This document shows positions 27,701 to 36,300 of a DNA stretch of 64,000 bases, piece after piece (the first letter of the stretch is position 1; every line of letters starts with the position of its first letter). The notes beneath the pieces are model-generated. The model searched no databases. It saw only the letters and a list, made by a program, of their open reading frames with translations, and was not told the DNA's origin. The translations under genes were made by a program, and so were the position numbers. Source of the stretch: a virus (taxonomy: Duplodnaviria > Caudoviricetes); the IMG/VR virus record IMGVR_UViG_3300049846_001081, one strand, 5' to 3'.

Positions 27701-28987
27701 CCTATTGAAATTATTGGCGCTACAGTTGGCGCTGGAGTTCCAAAGGTAAGTGATAACAAAATTGGATTATTAGATGCAGATGGCACAGACGAAAACATTA
27801 AAATTATTATAACCAATGTTAAAAATAGTTTAGGTTCAACTGTTACTGGTGGTTTAGTTTCTGGAAATTCAAAAGATGGTGTTTCCTATGAAGGACCAAC
27901 CCTTGCAAGTTATAGATCCGGAACACTTGGACCGTTTTTAACACCGTCTTTCACTACTGATGAAGATTATCGTACAAATAACATGGGGAAAAAATGGAAT
28001 CTTATTTGGAGGGGGGTTAATTTTCCAGAAGATGGTAGATATGAATTAAAGGTAGAAGCTGATGATGAAGTTACCATGAGAATTGATGGTCAGGAAGTTG
28101 GCAAAGCAAAAGTTTTTGAAGGAGTTAGAACTTATACTTTTAATGCAACTAAGGGCAAAAAGACGATTGAAATGGAACTTTATAATATTCCTGGAAATGC
28201 GAGGAGCACATTTTCATCTAATCCAGTTGTCTTTAATGCAATCATTACATTAAAAGTCAGTGCATCTACTGGAGTTAGTAGATCCTGGACAGAAAATCCA
28301 ATGGGAATTTCTGCAATTTTGATACCACCACCTTGCCCCAAGAAAATTAAAGGAAAGGGCGTTGTTACTGATGTAATTATTGATGATCCTGGAAATGGAT
28401 TTCCGCGACCAGGAACAGGTGATTATCCAGTCGCACTTAGACTTAAGGATGTTGTTGTTGAAGATCCGGGTATTAATTATAATTGTGGTATAGATCAAAT
28501 TCAAATCACACCAAGCAACGGTGCTGTTCTTGATTATGAATGTGATACTTTTGGTAGAATTGTTAATGTCAAAGTCTTAAATCCTGGTCTTGGATTTACA
28601 AGATATCCTGATATTTCAATGGTAAGTCCTCCTGGAGTTGAACCAACAGGAATTAATGCAACGTTTAGACCACAGTTTGAAGTTGTAAGAGATCCAATTG
28701 TTACTGAACCACAAAAACTAATTCAAGTGACTGACTTGGTTGGACTCAAACAAACTGGATATGTTGATGGACGTGCATATTATGGTGCTGTCTTCTATAA
28801 GGAAGGAATTCGTTATGCTGGATTCTATGAAACTCCTGGAGATCTTGTACAAGTTTATGATACACTTCAAGAAAGTATCAATGCTCAGATTACTACACGT
28901 CCATCTGCAATTCAGAGACAAGGTACAGATGTTACTAGTAATGATCCAAGACTTAATATTCCAGGTACTCCTGAAAATCTTATCTAA
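24737..28987 (+). CDS. Large virion structural protein with PA14-like modules and an internal duplication
   Basis: Repeated DGEYVF/DGNYII/DGFYAL/DGRYEL…(A)DD/DN modules; late promoter ATAAATA at 24695-24701. Confidence 0.7.
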   Translation: MSFNIFGPASQDVIRVGYISTDRGFVDGVSVCEANEYAKLNPGVQFVFKTRDFIKYLNINEVNQLTPNDLVSAGNTCSGIKFESECGPAQAYFYGGGGVGVQGNPVVGEDGSILAVDVVSGGFGYQYPPIVEVRDKCNIGVGAVTRAVLGEVTETVEYYDQEDDFEEYELCDPTDVGYGLRFGPDGNPLGPWEPSLYASLTQDPIAREIKEYQDFLQQLQNPWWTTRKEVPLRLTSGSKTTRTKFDVTDKTFLEYARANGDKNPVGWNDFMNSYAISPVPPSNVKGSDFAGIPFTFEWEEDFPYDGEYVFKGLCDNKAELYLDNLKLDDLRSFRDSPNVIKKNITAGVHRIRLDLLNLPVKNTPTSVATTTSISSNLKLKFIQKGSSYYIEASGNGSGEALIVMEVNDASYIGGLAAREVIIPSDSGKLKFERKGVIKIGSFVSDIGVEKNETIKKKGTFTAGKIYGPIEIIGATTGAGVPKVSNNKLALLDTDGTDENIKIIIADIKNDKTNSSSSSSSSTLSQNVKVTNIFNTIDYINKADRTLWRTFPSVGKDGEFIHQYGVTPFNPNTTEANTNSFAGTHLIRWENINFPVDGNYIIETMVDDNVTLYIGNRTGGGKVDIGNGLVSVEEGGDEVVIRKQGFSGPGKSTGKSIQTKFFKAGKYRIRAELEQIKGKPLAQGNPMALAINITPAFTGQNIVSGYSWNENPMGVALTIDAPMPPIPQEPIILQEGRCPNNPIWSTRFPNGKEKWWPVKFDSRRWSKFMNRYAISPVAPFSRKGTDGGGIVYRNSWNLDIPYDGFYALRGTVDNFGKILIDGKEIVGIGKKGATKSVRLDGFNVENPTSTKIFLTKGKHTIDVEVENEKTETYELVDKKIFNTADWVVSTTQTNVVAKIKPKFVQRNNKIYLEVSGSGTADVDIVMDVNDTSYIAGLAAREVIIPSESGKLKFTRNGLNARGSFVSDISLAKEEKIKKTGTFTAGKTYGPIEIIGATVGAGVPKVSDNKIGLLDADGTDENIKIIITNVKNSLGSTVTGGLVSGNSKDGVSYEGPTLASYRSGTLGPFLTPSFTTDEDYRTNNMGKKWNLIWRGVNFPEDGRYELKVEADDEVTMRIDGQEVGKAKVFEGVRTYTFNATKGKKTIEMELYNIPGNARSTFSSNPVVFNAIITLKVSASTGVSRSWTENPMGISAILIPPPCPKKIKGKGVVTDVIIDDPGNGFPRPGTGDYPVALRLKDVVVEDPGINYNCGIDQIQITPSNGAVLDYECDTFGRIVNVKVLNPGLGFTRYPDISMVSPPGVEPTGINATFRPQFEVVRDPIVTEPQKLIQVTDLVGLKQTGYVDGRAYYGAVFYKEGIRYAGFYETPGDLVQVYDTLQESINAQITTRPSAIQRQGTDVTSNDPRLNIPGTPENLI
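25868..27826 (+). repeat. Intragenic duplication of about 400 nt (approx. 25868-26265 and 27431-27826)
   Basis: Both copies read GLAAREVIIPS(D/E)SGKLKF…GTFTAGK(I/T)YGPIEIIGAT(T/V)GAGVPKVS(N/D)NK…DGTDENIKIII. Confidence 0.85.
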
Positions 28988-29023
28988 ATCTTGATTAAAT
29001 ACTTATCATATTAAGAGATATAA

Positions 29024-29746
29024 ATGCCGTTATCTGAAGATTTTATAAAAGAAGTAGGTGACTCACTTTCTGGACAGTTCAATCAAGATTTTGGTAATCT
29101 TGATGATATAGTAAATCAATGTAATGTTGATAGAACTGGTGGCGAAACTCAAAGCAGTAATCCAACTGATACTGCAAAGCAGAATTACACTGCAATTCGT
29201 TATGGAAATGATCATGGTTCAATTAGTTTTGGACATATCCACGAAAAAGCAGATGTAACTGCCGCTGTTATCCTACAGACACCTGATGGAAGACATCAGA
29301 TTTCTATGGATAAAGATGGTCCAAGAAAAGGTTGGACCACTTTTACTGCGCCTGGAAATATCCAGATGGAAGCTGGTAGTGATAATCAAGAAGCTCAAGA
29401 TAGCTTGATGATTAACACAAAAAATGGTAATATTATTATTAAAGCCAATAATGGCAAAATAAGACTGGAAGGAACTGATATTGAATTAATCGCTGTCGGT
29501 GAAGGTGGTAGTAAAGGAAATATCCGTTTAAGTGCTACTGAAAATATCAGCAATGATTCAAAAAAATTCATAGTAGATGCAAAAGTTAATTATAAATTAG
29601 CAACACCAGGAACTGGAGAGGTAATTTCAAATGGAGTCTTAAAAATGTATGGATCTATAATTAGAGGAGTGAGTGATGCCGTTTCTGTTAAAGACTCCAA
29701 GTGTGGTGGGAAAAACTATCAACAAAAACAAAATCAAGTAAACTAG
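29024..29746 (+). CDS. Baseplate / spike-associated structural protein (putative)
   Basis: Beta-strand-rich repeats; position in the baseplate block. Confidence 0.55.
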   Translation: MPLSEDFIKEVGDSLSGQFNQDFGNLDDIVNQCNVDRTGGETQSSNPTDTAKQNYTAIRYGNDHGSISFGHIHEKADVTAAVILQTPDGRHQISMDKDGPRKGWTTFTAPGNIQMEAGSDNQEAQDSLMINTKNGNIIIKANNGKIRLEGTDIELIAVGEGGSKGNIRLSATENISNDSKKFIVDAKVNYKLATPGTGEVISNGVLKMYGSIIRGVSDAVSVKDSKCGGKNYQQKQNQVN

Positions 29747-29756
29747 GAGAAAAAAA

Positions 29757-30554
29757 ATGTCTTTCAATGTTGATGATCTTCAGGTATGTGGACAACTTAA
29801 AGTTGGAACTGGTGTTGTTCCTGCAATTAAAGAGGGTAATCAAAAAATTAATGGATCAATGTACGCAGAGGGTCCTGTTGTTTTTGGTAATCCAATACAA
29901 TTTCCTACTGCATATGCAACAGTAAACATTTGCCCTCTTACAAATAGTGATGAAGATGTAACTTCTCCATTTGTTCCCGGTGCTCTGTGTAGTGGAGTGG
30001 TTAATAATCCATATTCACTATGCGTCAATGGATCAACTGCTTTTCTAGGAGCAGTTGATACAAATGCTGACGTGGTAGTTGGAAGGCACTTATTTGCCCA
30101 AGGTGATGTTATTTCTAACTGTGGAGGACACATTCTTTCTGCCAAAAAGAACTTTGATATTCCCCATCCAACAAAAGAAGGGTGGAGACTTCGCCACACT
30201 TGTCCTGAAGGACCATCTAATGATGTTTATGTAAGAGGTAAAGTTCTTAACAGAACTGAAATTGAACTTCCACAATACTGGAAGAAACTTGTTGATTTTA
30301 CGACGATTACTGTATCTCTTACACCAATTGGAGCACACCAAGATGTAATCGTAAAAAGAATTGATGAAGAGAAAGTCTACCTTCAATCAAGAAGTGGAGT
30401 TCCTATTCATTGCTTCTATCATATTTTTGGAACTCGTGCCGATGGCGAACGACTGATTCCAGAATATGAAGGAGAAAGCCCAGCAGATTATCCAGGAAAT
30501 AATAACGAATATTCAGTTTCTGGATACCACTATGATGTTAAACAGGGAGAATAA
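29757..30554 (+). CDS. Structural protein, paralog A
   Basis: FDIPHP…LRHTCPEGP…VYVRGK…IELPQYW…ITVSLTPIG. Confidence 0.65.
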   Translation: MSFNVDDLQVCGQLKVGTGVVPAIKEGNQKINGSMYAEGPVVFGNPIQFPTAYATVNICPLTNSDEDVTSPFVPGALCSGVVNNPYSLCVNGSTAFLGAVDTNADVVVGRHLFAQGDVISNCGGHILSAKKNFDIPHPTKEGWRLRHTCPEGPSNDVYVRGKVLNRTEIELPQYWKKLVDFTTITVSLTPIGAHQDVIVKRIDEEKVYLQSRSGVPIHCFYHIFGTRADGERLIPEYEGESPADYPGNNNEYSVSGYHYDVKQGE

Positions 30555-30556
30555 AA

Positions 30557-31246
30557 ATGGCTGATGAGATGGAGTTTATTCCTGGTGTTTCGGGAAAAGA
30601 CTGTACTGAAAAGGCAGGAGGATGGGGAGTTAAATCTGTTCAGTATGATTACATTTGGAAGGGTGATATTGACCAGGATAAATATCATCCCGATGCTTGT
30701 CTACCAAGATATCATGGCAATGCACAGATTGATAATCTTCAAATTAATGTTCAGGCGACGGCACCAGTTTTTAATGGTAATCTAAATGGTGTTGCCTCTG
30801 GTAATAAAGTATTGCCATTTGATATTCCTCATGTTAAACAAAAAGGAAAAAGAATTCGCCACGTTATTGCAGAGGGTCCAGAAGCAGGAATTTATGTTCG
30901 CGGAAAACTTAAAGATTCAAATATAATCGAACTCCCTGAATATTGGGAGGGACTTGTTGATCCAGAAAGTATTAGTGTCACTTTAACTCAAATTGGATAT
31001 TCTCAAGATTTGATTGTTGAAAGAATTGAATGGGGCAAGAATGTTATCATTCGTTCTGGTGTTGGTGCTAACATTAATTGTTACTATGAAGTCTGGGCAG
31101 CAAGATGGATTAATCCAATGAATCACGAAGAAAAACTACACGTTGTTTATGATGGAGAAAGCCCAGATGATTATCCAGGTGACAATAAGCAATTCTTAAT
31201 TGGTGGTTGGGATTATGACCGAAGAAACACTCAATGGGAGTCTTGA
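30557..31246 (+). CDS. Structural protein, paralog B
   Basis: FDIPHV…IRHVIAEGP…IYVRGK…IELPEYW…ISVTLTQIG. Confidence 0.65.
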   Translation: MADEMEFIPGVSGKDCTEKAGGWGVKSVQYDYIWKGDIDQDKYHPDACLPRYHGNAQIDNLQINVQATAPVFNGNLNGVASGNKVLPFDIPHVKQKGKRIRHVIAEGPEAGIYVRGKLKDSNIIELPEYWEGLVDPESISVTLTQIGYSQDLIVERIEWGKNVIIRSGVGANINCYYEVWAARWINPMNHEEKLHVVYDGESPDDYPGDNKQFLIGGWDYDRRNTQWES

Positions 31247-31271
31247 CACCCCCATTCCACCGTGCTATGAT
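31243..31271 (+). promoter_or_regulatory. Sigma70-type early promoter
   Basis: TTGACA(31243-31248)-17 nt-TATGAT(31266-31271). Confidence 0.8.
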
Positions 31272-31296
31272 ACATGGGTAATCAACAAACGAGCAA

Positions 31297-31479
31297 ATGC
31301 AAGACGAGTACCTGACACGATGCGTTGTTGATCCCGTGAAGCGTACAGTGTACCTGTATTCTAATGAGGGATCAGAGAAAGAAGTGTCCTGTGATACTGT
31401 TGAAGAATTTATGAATGTACTAGACTTCGTTCGTGCTACAGTGGATGAAGAGACACTCTCATACGCAAATCCACTTTAA
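31297..31479 (+). CDS. Hypothetical protein
   Basis: 60 aa ORF directly after the promoter. Confidence 0.7.
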   Translation: MQDEYLTRCVVDPVKRTVYLYSNEGSEKEVSCDTVEEFMNVLDFVRATVDEETLSYANPL

Positions 31480-31539
31480 AATCCATTTTGGGGGGTAAAA
31501 ATTCCCGGTAAAATTTTCTCACACGATACTTTTTTCAAA

Positions 31540-31746
31540 ATGAATCCTTATCGCATTAACTACAAAGCACTGAAAGAAGAAACAGTGAAAACAACACCAG
31601 AAAATGTGAAGGAGGCAAATGAGAATTTGTTTCGTGCTAAGTGGAATCTTCCCCAGGCTGCAAAACACTGTGGAATGTCACAAAAAGAAATGAAGTTGAC
31701 ATTCTTTGAATATCTGAAGTATAATCCTGTTACTTACAAAGTGTAA
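31540..31746 (+). CDS. Hypothetical protein (possible HTH)
   Basis: WNLPQAAKHCGMSQKEMK resembles a helix-turn-helix. Confidence 0.65.
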   Translation: MNPYRINYKALKEETVKTTPENVKEANENLFRAKWNLPQAAKHCGMSQKEMKLTFFEYLKYNPVTYKV

Positions 31747-31754
31747 GTTTTTAT

Positions 31755-31838
31755 GCGAGTATGGCGGAATCGGTAGACGCACCGGACTTAAAATCCGTTG
31801 GGGGCAACCCTGTGGGAGTTCAAGTCTCCCTACTCGCA
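31755..31838 (+). tRNA. tRNA-Leu (anticodon TAA)
   Basis: Acceptor stem GCGAGTA/TACTCGC, D arm GGCGGAATCGGTAGACGC, anticodon loop CT-TAA-AA, long variable arm, GTTCAAGTC T loop; CCA not encoded. Confidence 0.95.
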
Positions 31839-31883
31839 CTGAGGTTCAACCTCTAAATACTCAAAAGAAATAGGAATATTTCT

Positions 31884-32153
31884 ATGAAGTACAGAATTGA
31901 TGCCGCTTATGTTTGGTACAATAGAGGGACAGAAATAGTTCTGATGTACTTTATAAATCAAGTTCCATTTACTTTTGATGAACTTCCAGATTGTGCAATG
32001 CAGGATTTGGAATTAATTCACTTGGCAGATAACGAAAGACGTTTTGAACCAGAAGATTTATACCAATCTTCCTATTATCTTATGATGGAAGAATGTCACC
32101 CTCTTATGTTTGAAGTGGAACTGGAAAACCCAGAAATGTTACCTGTTGATTAA
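31884..32153 (+). CDS. Hypothetical protein
   Basis: 89 aa ORF between the two tRNAs. Confidence 0.7.
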   Translation: MKYRIDAAYVWYNRGTEIVLMYFINQVPFTFDELPDCAMQDLELIHLADNERRFEPEDLYQSSYYLMMEECHPLMFEVELENPEMLPVD

Positions 32154-32154
32154 T

Positions 32155-32227
32155 GCCCTTGTAGCTCAGATGGTAGAGCACCGCTTTTGTAAAGCGGTTG
32201 TCGCAAGTTCAAGTCTTGTCGGGGGCT
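32155..32227 (+). tRNA. tRNA-Thr (anticodon TGT)
   Basis: Acceptor stem GCCCTTG/CGGGGGC, D arm TAGCTCAGATGGTAGAGC, CCGCT-TT-TGT-AA-AGCGG, GTTCAAGTC T loop; CCA not encoded. Confidence 0.93.
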
Positions 32228-32249
32228 CTTGAGTTCTATAAAACTCCAA

Positions 32250-32444
32250 ATGTCATTAATTTCACAAAGAGATAGGCAACTTGCCATTGAAGCATTAGAA
32301 TATTACCGTGATGATGCTTTAAGAAAAGAAGAAGCATTTAAAGAACTTGGTGTAACTGATGTTCAACTCAATGATACTTTTATGATGGAACTGAATGCTC
32401 TTATAAATTGGATTAAACTGGAACATTTCAAAAATGAAAATTAA
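32250..32444 (+). CDS. Hypothetical protein
   Basis: MSLISQRDRQLAIEALEYY…; start placed at ATG 32250. Confidence 0.65.
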   Translation: MSLISQRDRQLAIEALEYYRDDALRKEEAFKELGVTDVQLNDTFMMELNALINWIKLEHFKNEN

Positions 32445-32607
32445 TCTTTGGTATTGTAAGGATATGAATCAATGGCGTTGGACTCTTACTGATGATGTAA
32501 GACCTGTTGTTAGGCAAGAATCAGGACAACAACCAAATCTTCGTGATGCTATGAATGATGTAGCGAATACTGTAGAATATATGTTAGAATGCAAACAAAG
32601 TGAGTAA
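32434..32607 (+). CDS. Hypothetical protein (57 aa, MKINLWYCKDMNQWRWTL…), not in the ORF track
   Basis: Translated by hand; fills the gap between neighbours. Confidence 0.65.
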   Translation: MKINLWYCKDMNQWRWTLTDDVRPVVRQESGQQPNLRDAMNDVANTVEYMLECKQSE

Positions 32608-32616
32608 AAATACTTA

Positions 32617-33240
32617 ATGAAATCGGATTTTTACATAGATAGGGTAGGTAAAGAAGAAATCAAAGAACTTCTTTATACCTATCATTATCTTAAAGACGAA
32701 TCTAAAGATTTTAAATCTGGTTTCAATTATGGACTTTACCGCAACTCATTCACAGACATCCTTAATATTGGCGGGTGTCTTGGTGCTTGCATTTTTACTG
32801 GTCTCCCAGTTCCAGAGATTGCAGTAGGGGCATTTGGTTTACAGAGAAATCAGCAAGAAGGAATATACGAATTATCACGTCTCTGTATTCACCCCGATTT
32901 GCAAAAAGAGGAATATAATATCACATCTTGGTTTGTTAGTCGTTGCATTAGGAGGTTTAGGAAAGATGCCACAGTTCGTGCTATTCTTAGTTACGCTGAC
33001 TCTGATCACCACACTGGAACTATATACAGAGCTTGCAATTTTCAATACTACGGTCTGACAGATCCCAAAAAAGATTTTTACTATGCTGACGGCACAAAAC
33101 ATTCTAGGGGTAGCATTAGAGGTGTTGATGGTGAGTGGAGGGATCGCTCTCGTAAACATCGGTATCTTATGGTGTTTGATAAAGAACTCAAAAAACGCTT
33201 GACATGGAAAGAGGAGAAGTGGTATAATAATCAGGTGTGA
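32617..33240 (+). CDS. Mom-like DNA adenine modification protein (GNAT fold)
   Basis: HYL…ELSRL…SWFVS…LSYAD…GTIYRACNF-Y-G…KHRY motif order typical of the Mu Mom family. Confidence 0.7.
   Translation: MKSDFYIDRVGKEEIKELLYTYHYLKDESKDFKSGFNYGLYRNSFTDILNIGGCLGACIFTGLPVPEIAVGAFGLQRNQQEGIYELSRLCIHPDLQKEEYNITSWFVSRCIRRFRKDATVRAILSYADSDHHTGTIYRACNFQYYGLTDPKKDFYYADGTKHSRGSIRGVDGEWRDRSRKHRYLMVFDKELKKRLTWKEEKWYNNQV
33199..33228 (+). promoter_or_regulatory. Consensus sigma70 promoter inside the 3' end of the Mom-like gene
   Basis: TTGACA(33199-33204)-18 nt-TATAAT(33223-33228). Confidence 0.55.
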
Positions 33241-33252
33241 AGGAAGTGCATT

Positions 33253-33284
33253 AAGAGGAGATCCTTATGGGTCTCCTCTTTTTT
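33253..33284 (+). terminator. Intrinsic terminator
   Basis: AAGAGGAGATCC-TTAT-GGGTCTCCTCTT followed by TTTT. Confidence 0.88.
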
Positions 33285-33290
33285 CGTATG

Positions 33291-33297
33291 ATAAATA
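33291..33297 (+). promoter_or_regulatory. Late promoter for the fibre genes
   Basis: ATAAATA about 30 nt before ATG 33329. Confidence 0.7.
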
Positions 33298-33328
33298 ATC
33301 CATAACGGAAACTATAAGCACTAATAAA

Positions 33329-36300
33329 ATGGGTCTCTCTCGTTTAGACAATTTTCTGAAGTCAGTTCGCGGTACAATAATTTACGTTGATCCTAGTTCT
33401 CTTGATTCAACAGACAGTATTGAAAATCAAGGAAACTCATTAACACGCCCATTTAAAACCATACAACGTGCTCTGATAGAAGCATCAAGATTTTCATATC
33501 AGCGCGGATTAAACAATGATAGATTTGGCAAAACAACAATTCTTCTATATCCGGGAGATCATATTGTAGATAACCGCCCAGGATGGATTCCTGATGGATC
33601 AAATAACTTTAAATTGAGAGATGGAACTACTTCAAATGATTTTCCACCTTTTGATTTAACAACTAATTTTGATTTAACCGTATCAAATAATGCTCTTTAC
33701 AAACTGAATAGTATTCATGGTGGAGTAATTGTTCCTCGTGGTACTTCAATCGTTGGATTAGACCTTCGTAAAACAAAAATTCGTCCAAAGTATGTACCAG
33801 ATCCAACAAATGATAATATCCAAAGATCTGCTATTTTCCGTGTAACTGGTGGGTGCTACTTCTGGCAGTTCTCTCTATTTGATGCTGATCCAAACGGTCA
33901 GTGTTATATTGATTATACTTCTAACTTATTTGTCCCTAATTTTTCTCATCACAAATTAACGTGCTTTGAATATGCAGACGGCACAAATGACGTAAATATT
34001 GTTGATCCTTTTATTGGATCATACTCAACAGATCGTACAGATCTTGATATGTATTATGAGAAGGTTGGTCTTGCTTATGGACAATCTTCAGGTCGTCCTA
34101 TTGAACCTGATTATCCAAGTTCTGGTCTAGATATTCAATCAAAAATTGATGAATATCGTATTGTTGGACCAACTGGTGGTGAAGTTGGGATTACAAGCAT
34201 TAAATCTGGTGATGGTATAACCGCAACCACATCAATCACCGTTACCACTGCATCCACTGTATCAGGATTGGATGTTGATACTGCATTTAGAATTCGTAAT
34301 GTTTCTGAATCTGCTTATAATGGTCAGTTTGTTGTTACTGAAAGAATAGATGATACTAACTTTAAATATCAAGTACAGAATTCACCATCTATCGCTCTTC
34401 CCAGCGTAACAAGTGCATCATTGACTTTATCTTCGGATACTGTTACTTCAGCATCTCCATATATCTTTAACATCTCTCTACGTTCTGTGTATGGAATGTG
34501 TGGTGTTCTTGCTGACGGTGATAAGGCAAGTGGATTTAAGTCAATGGTTATTGCCCAATTTACGGGTATTGGACTACAAAAAGATGATAAAGCTTTTGTT
34601 GTGTATAACTCAACAACTGGTGTTTATGATGATAACACACAATCTGGAAATGAAACGATAAGCACAAATTCAAGAGCAATCTTTAAACCCTCTTATCGCA
34701 ATTTCCACATTAAAACAATCAATGAAGCGTTCATTCAAAACGTTTCTATCTTTGCAATTGGATATGCAGAACATTTCTCTACCGAAAGTGGCGGTGACCA
34801 GTCTGTTACAAACTCCAACTCCAATTTTGGTGCAAAAGCACTTGTTGCGTCAGGATTTAGGAAAAATGCATTCCCTCAAGATGATCTGGGATATATTACT
34901 CATATTATTCCACCTAAAGAATTACCACTTACGGAAACTGCACTTGAATTTAATGCAATTGATGTAAACAAAACGGTTGGTGTTGCTTCTACCGCACATC
35001 TATATCTTTATGCTCAAACAAATATAGATGTTCCACCAGAAAATGTGTTAGATGGATATAGAATTGGTGCAAGAGAAAATGATGCGCTTAAAGTTCTTGT
35101 TTCTTCTGGTGGATCTGTAACAGAGTACAGTGCTCGTATTGTAATGCCTGGATCTCAATCCAGTTCTGAAAAGAAATTTACTGTAGCGCGTGTTGGAACA
35201 GCAAACAGTGTTACTGATAACAATACTTTAAATTTAACTAATAATCACACATTCTTTAACGGAGAGTCTGTAAGAGTTGTTAGTGATGATGGACAACTTC
35301 CTGATGGATTAGTATCAAATACTGTCTATTATGCGATTACATCAACGGTTGATGTTGGGTTAAGTGCAAATCAACTCAAACTTGCAAAAACAGAAACAGA
35401 TTCAACCGTTGCAACAAATGCAATTACGTTCAACAACAAAGGTGGTGTTTTATCTGTAGTCAGTAGAGTTTCTGATAAAAACTCTGGAGATATTGGACAT
35501 CCTATACAATTTGATAGTACAAATAATCAATGGTATGTTAAGGTTGCAACTGCTACCACGGAAAATTCTATCTATCCTACAATTGTTGGTCTTGGATCAA
35601 CTTCTCTTGGCGAAGCAACAACAAGAACTTATATTAAGCGTAAACAAGATAATCGCACATCCATTGATACACTTTATCGCATAAGATATGTAATTCCAAA
35701 GAGCACTGGAGCAACTGTTGCAAGACCACCAAGCGACGCATTTATTATTCAGGAGTCTAATACATCAATTGGCGCAACTGATGCCGAAATCCAAACTTAT
35801 TTTGGAAGTGGAACTTTAGGTAATGTCAATCAACAGAGAAACTTTAGATTTGTTGCAAATGCTGAATGGACGGCAAATACTGCAAAAATTACAACAGAAC
35901 TTCCACACAATTTAATCGTTGGATCCCAGGTTGAACTTGTAAACATTAAGAGTACAAATAACCTTACTGGTATCGCAAATACAGGATTTAACAGAACTTA
36001 TACTGTTAGTGGAATTAGTAGTGCAAAACAATTTAGTGTTGGATTATCAACTGATCCAGGAACTTTTACAAGTGATACTTCCGCAAGAACAACTGCTCTA
36101 CCATACTTTAAGAGAAAGCAGTACAAAGACACGTATTATGTTTATAGAACTCAAGAAGCACAAAAGTATGTTGCTGGACAACAAGACGGCATTTATTATG
36201 TAACCATACTAAATGCATCTAATAGTCCGACTGTTGCTCCATTTACTGATGAGAAATTCTCTCAACCAGTTAAAGAACTTTATCCTCAAATTAATCGTGA

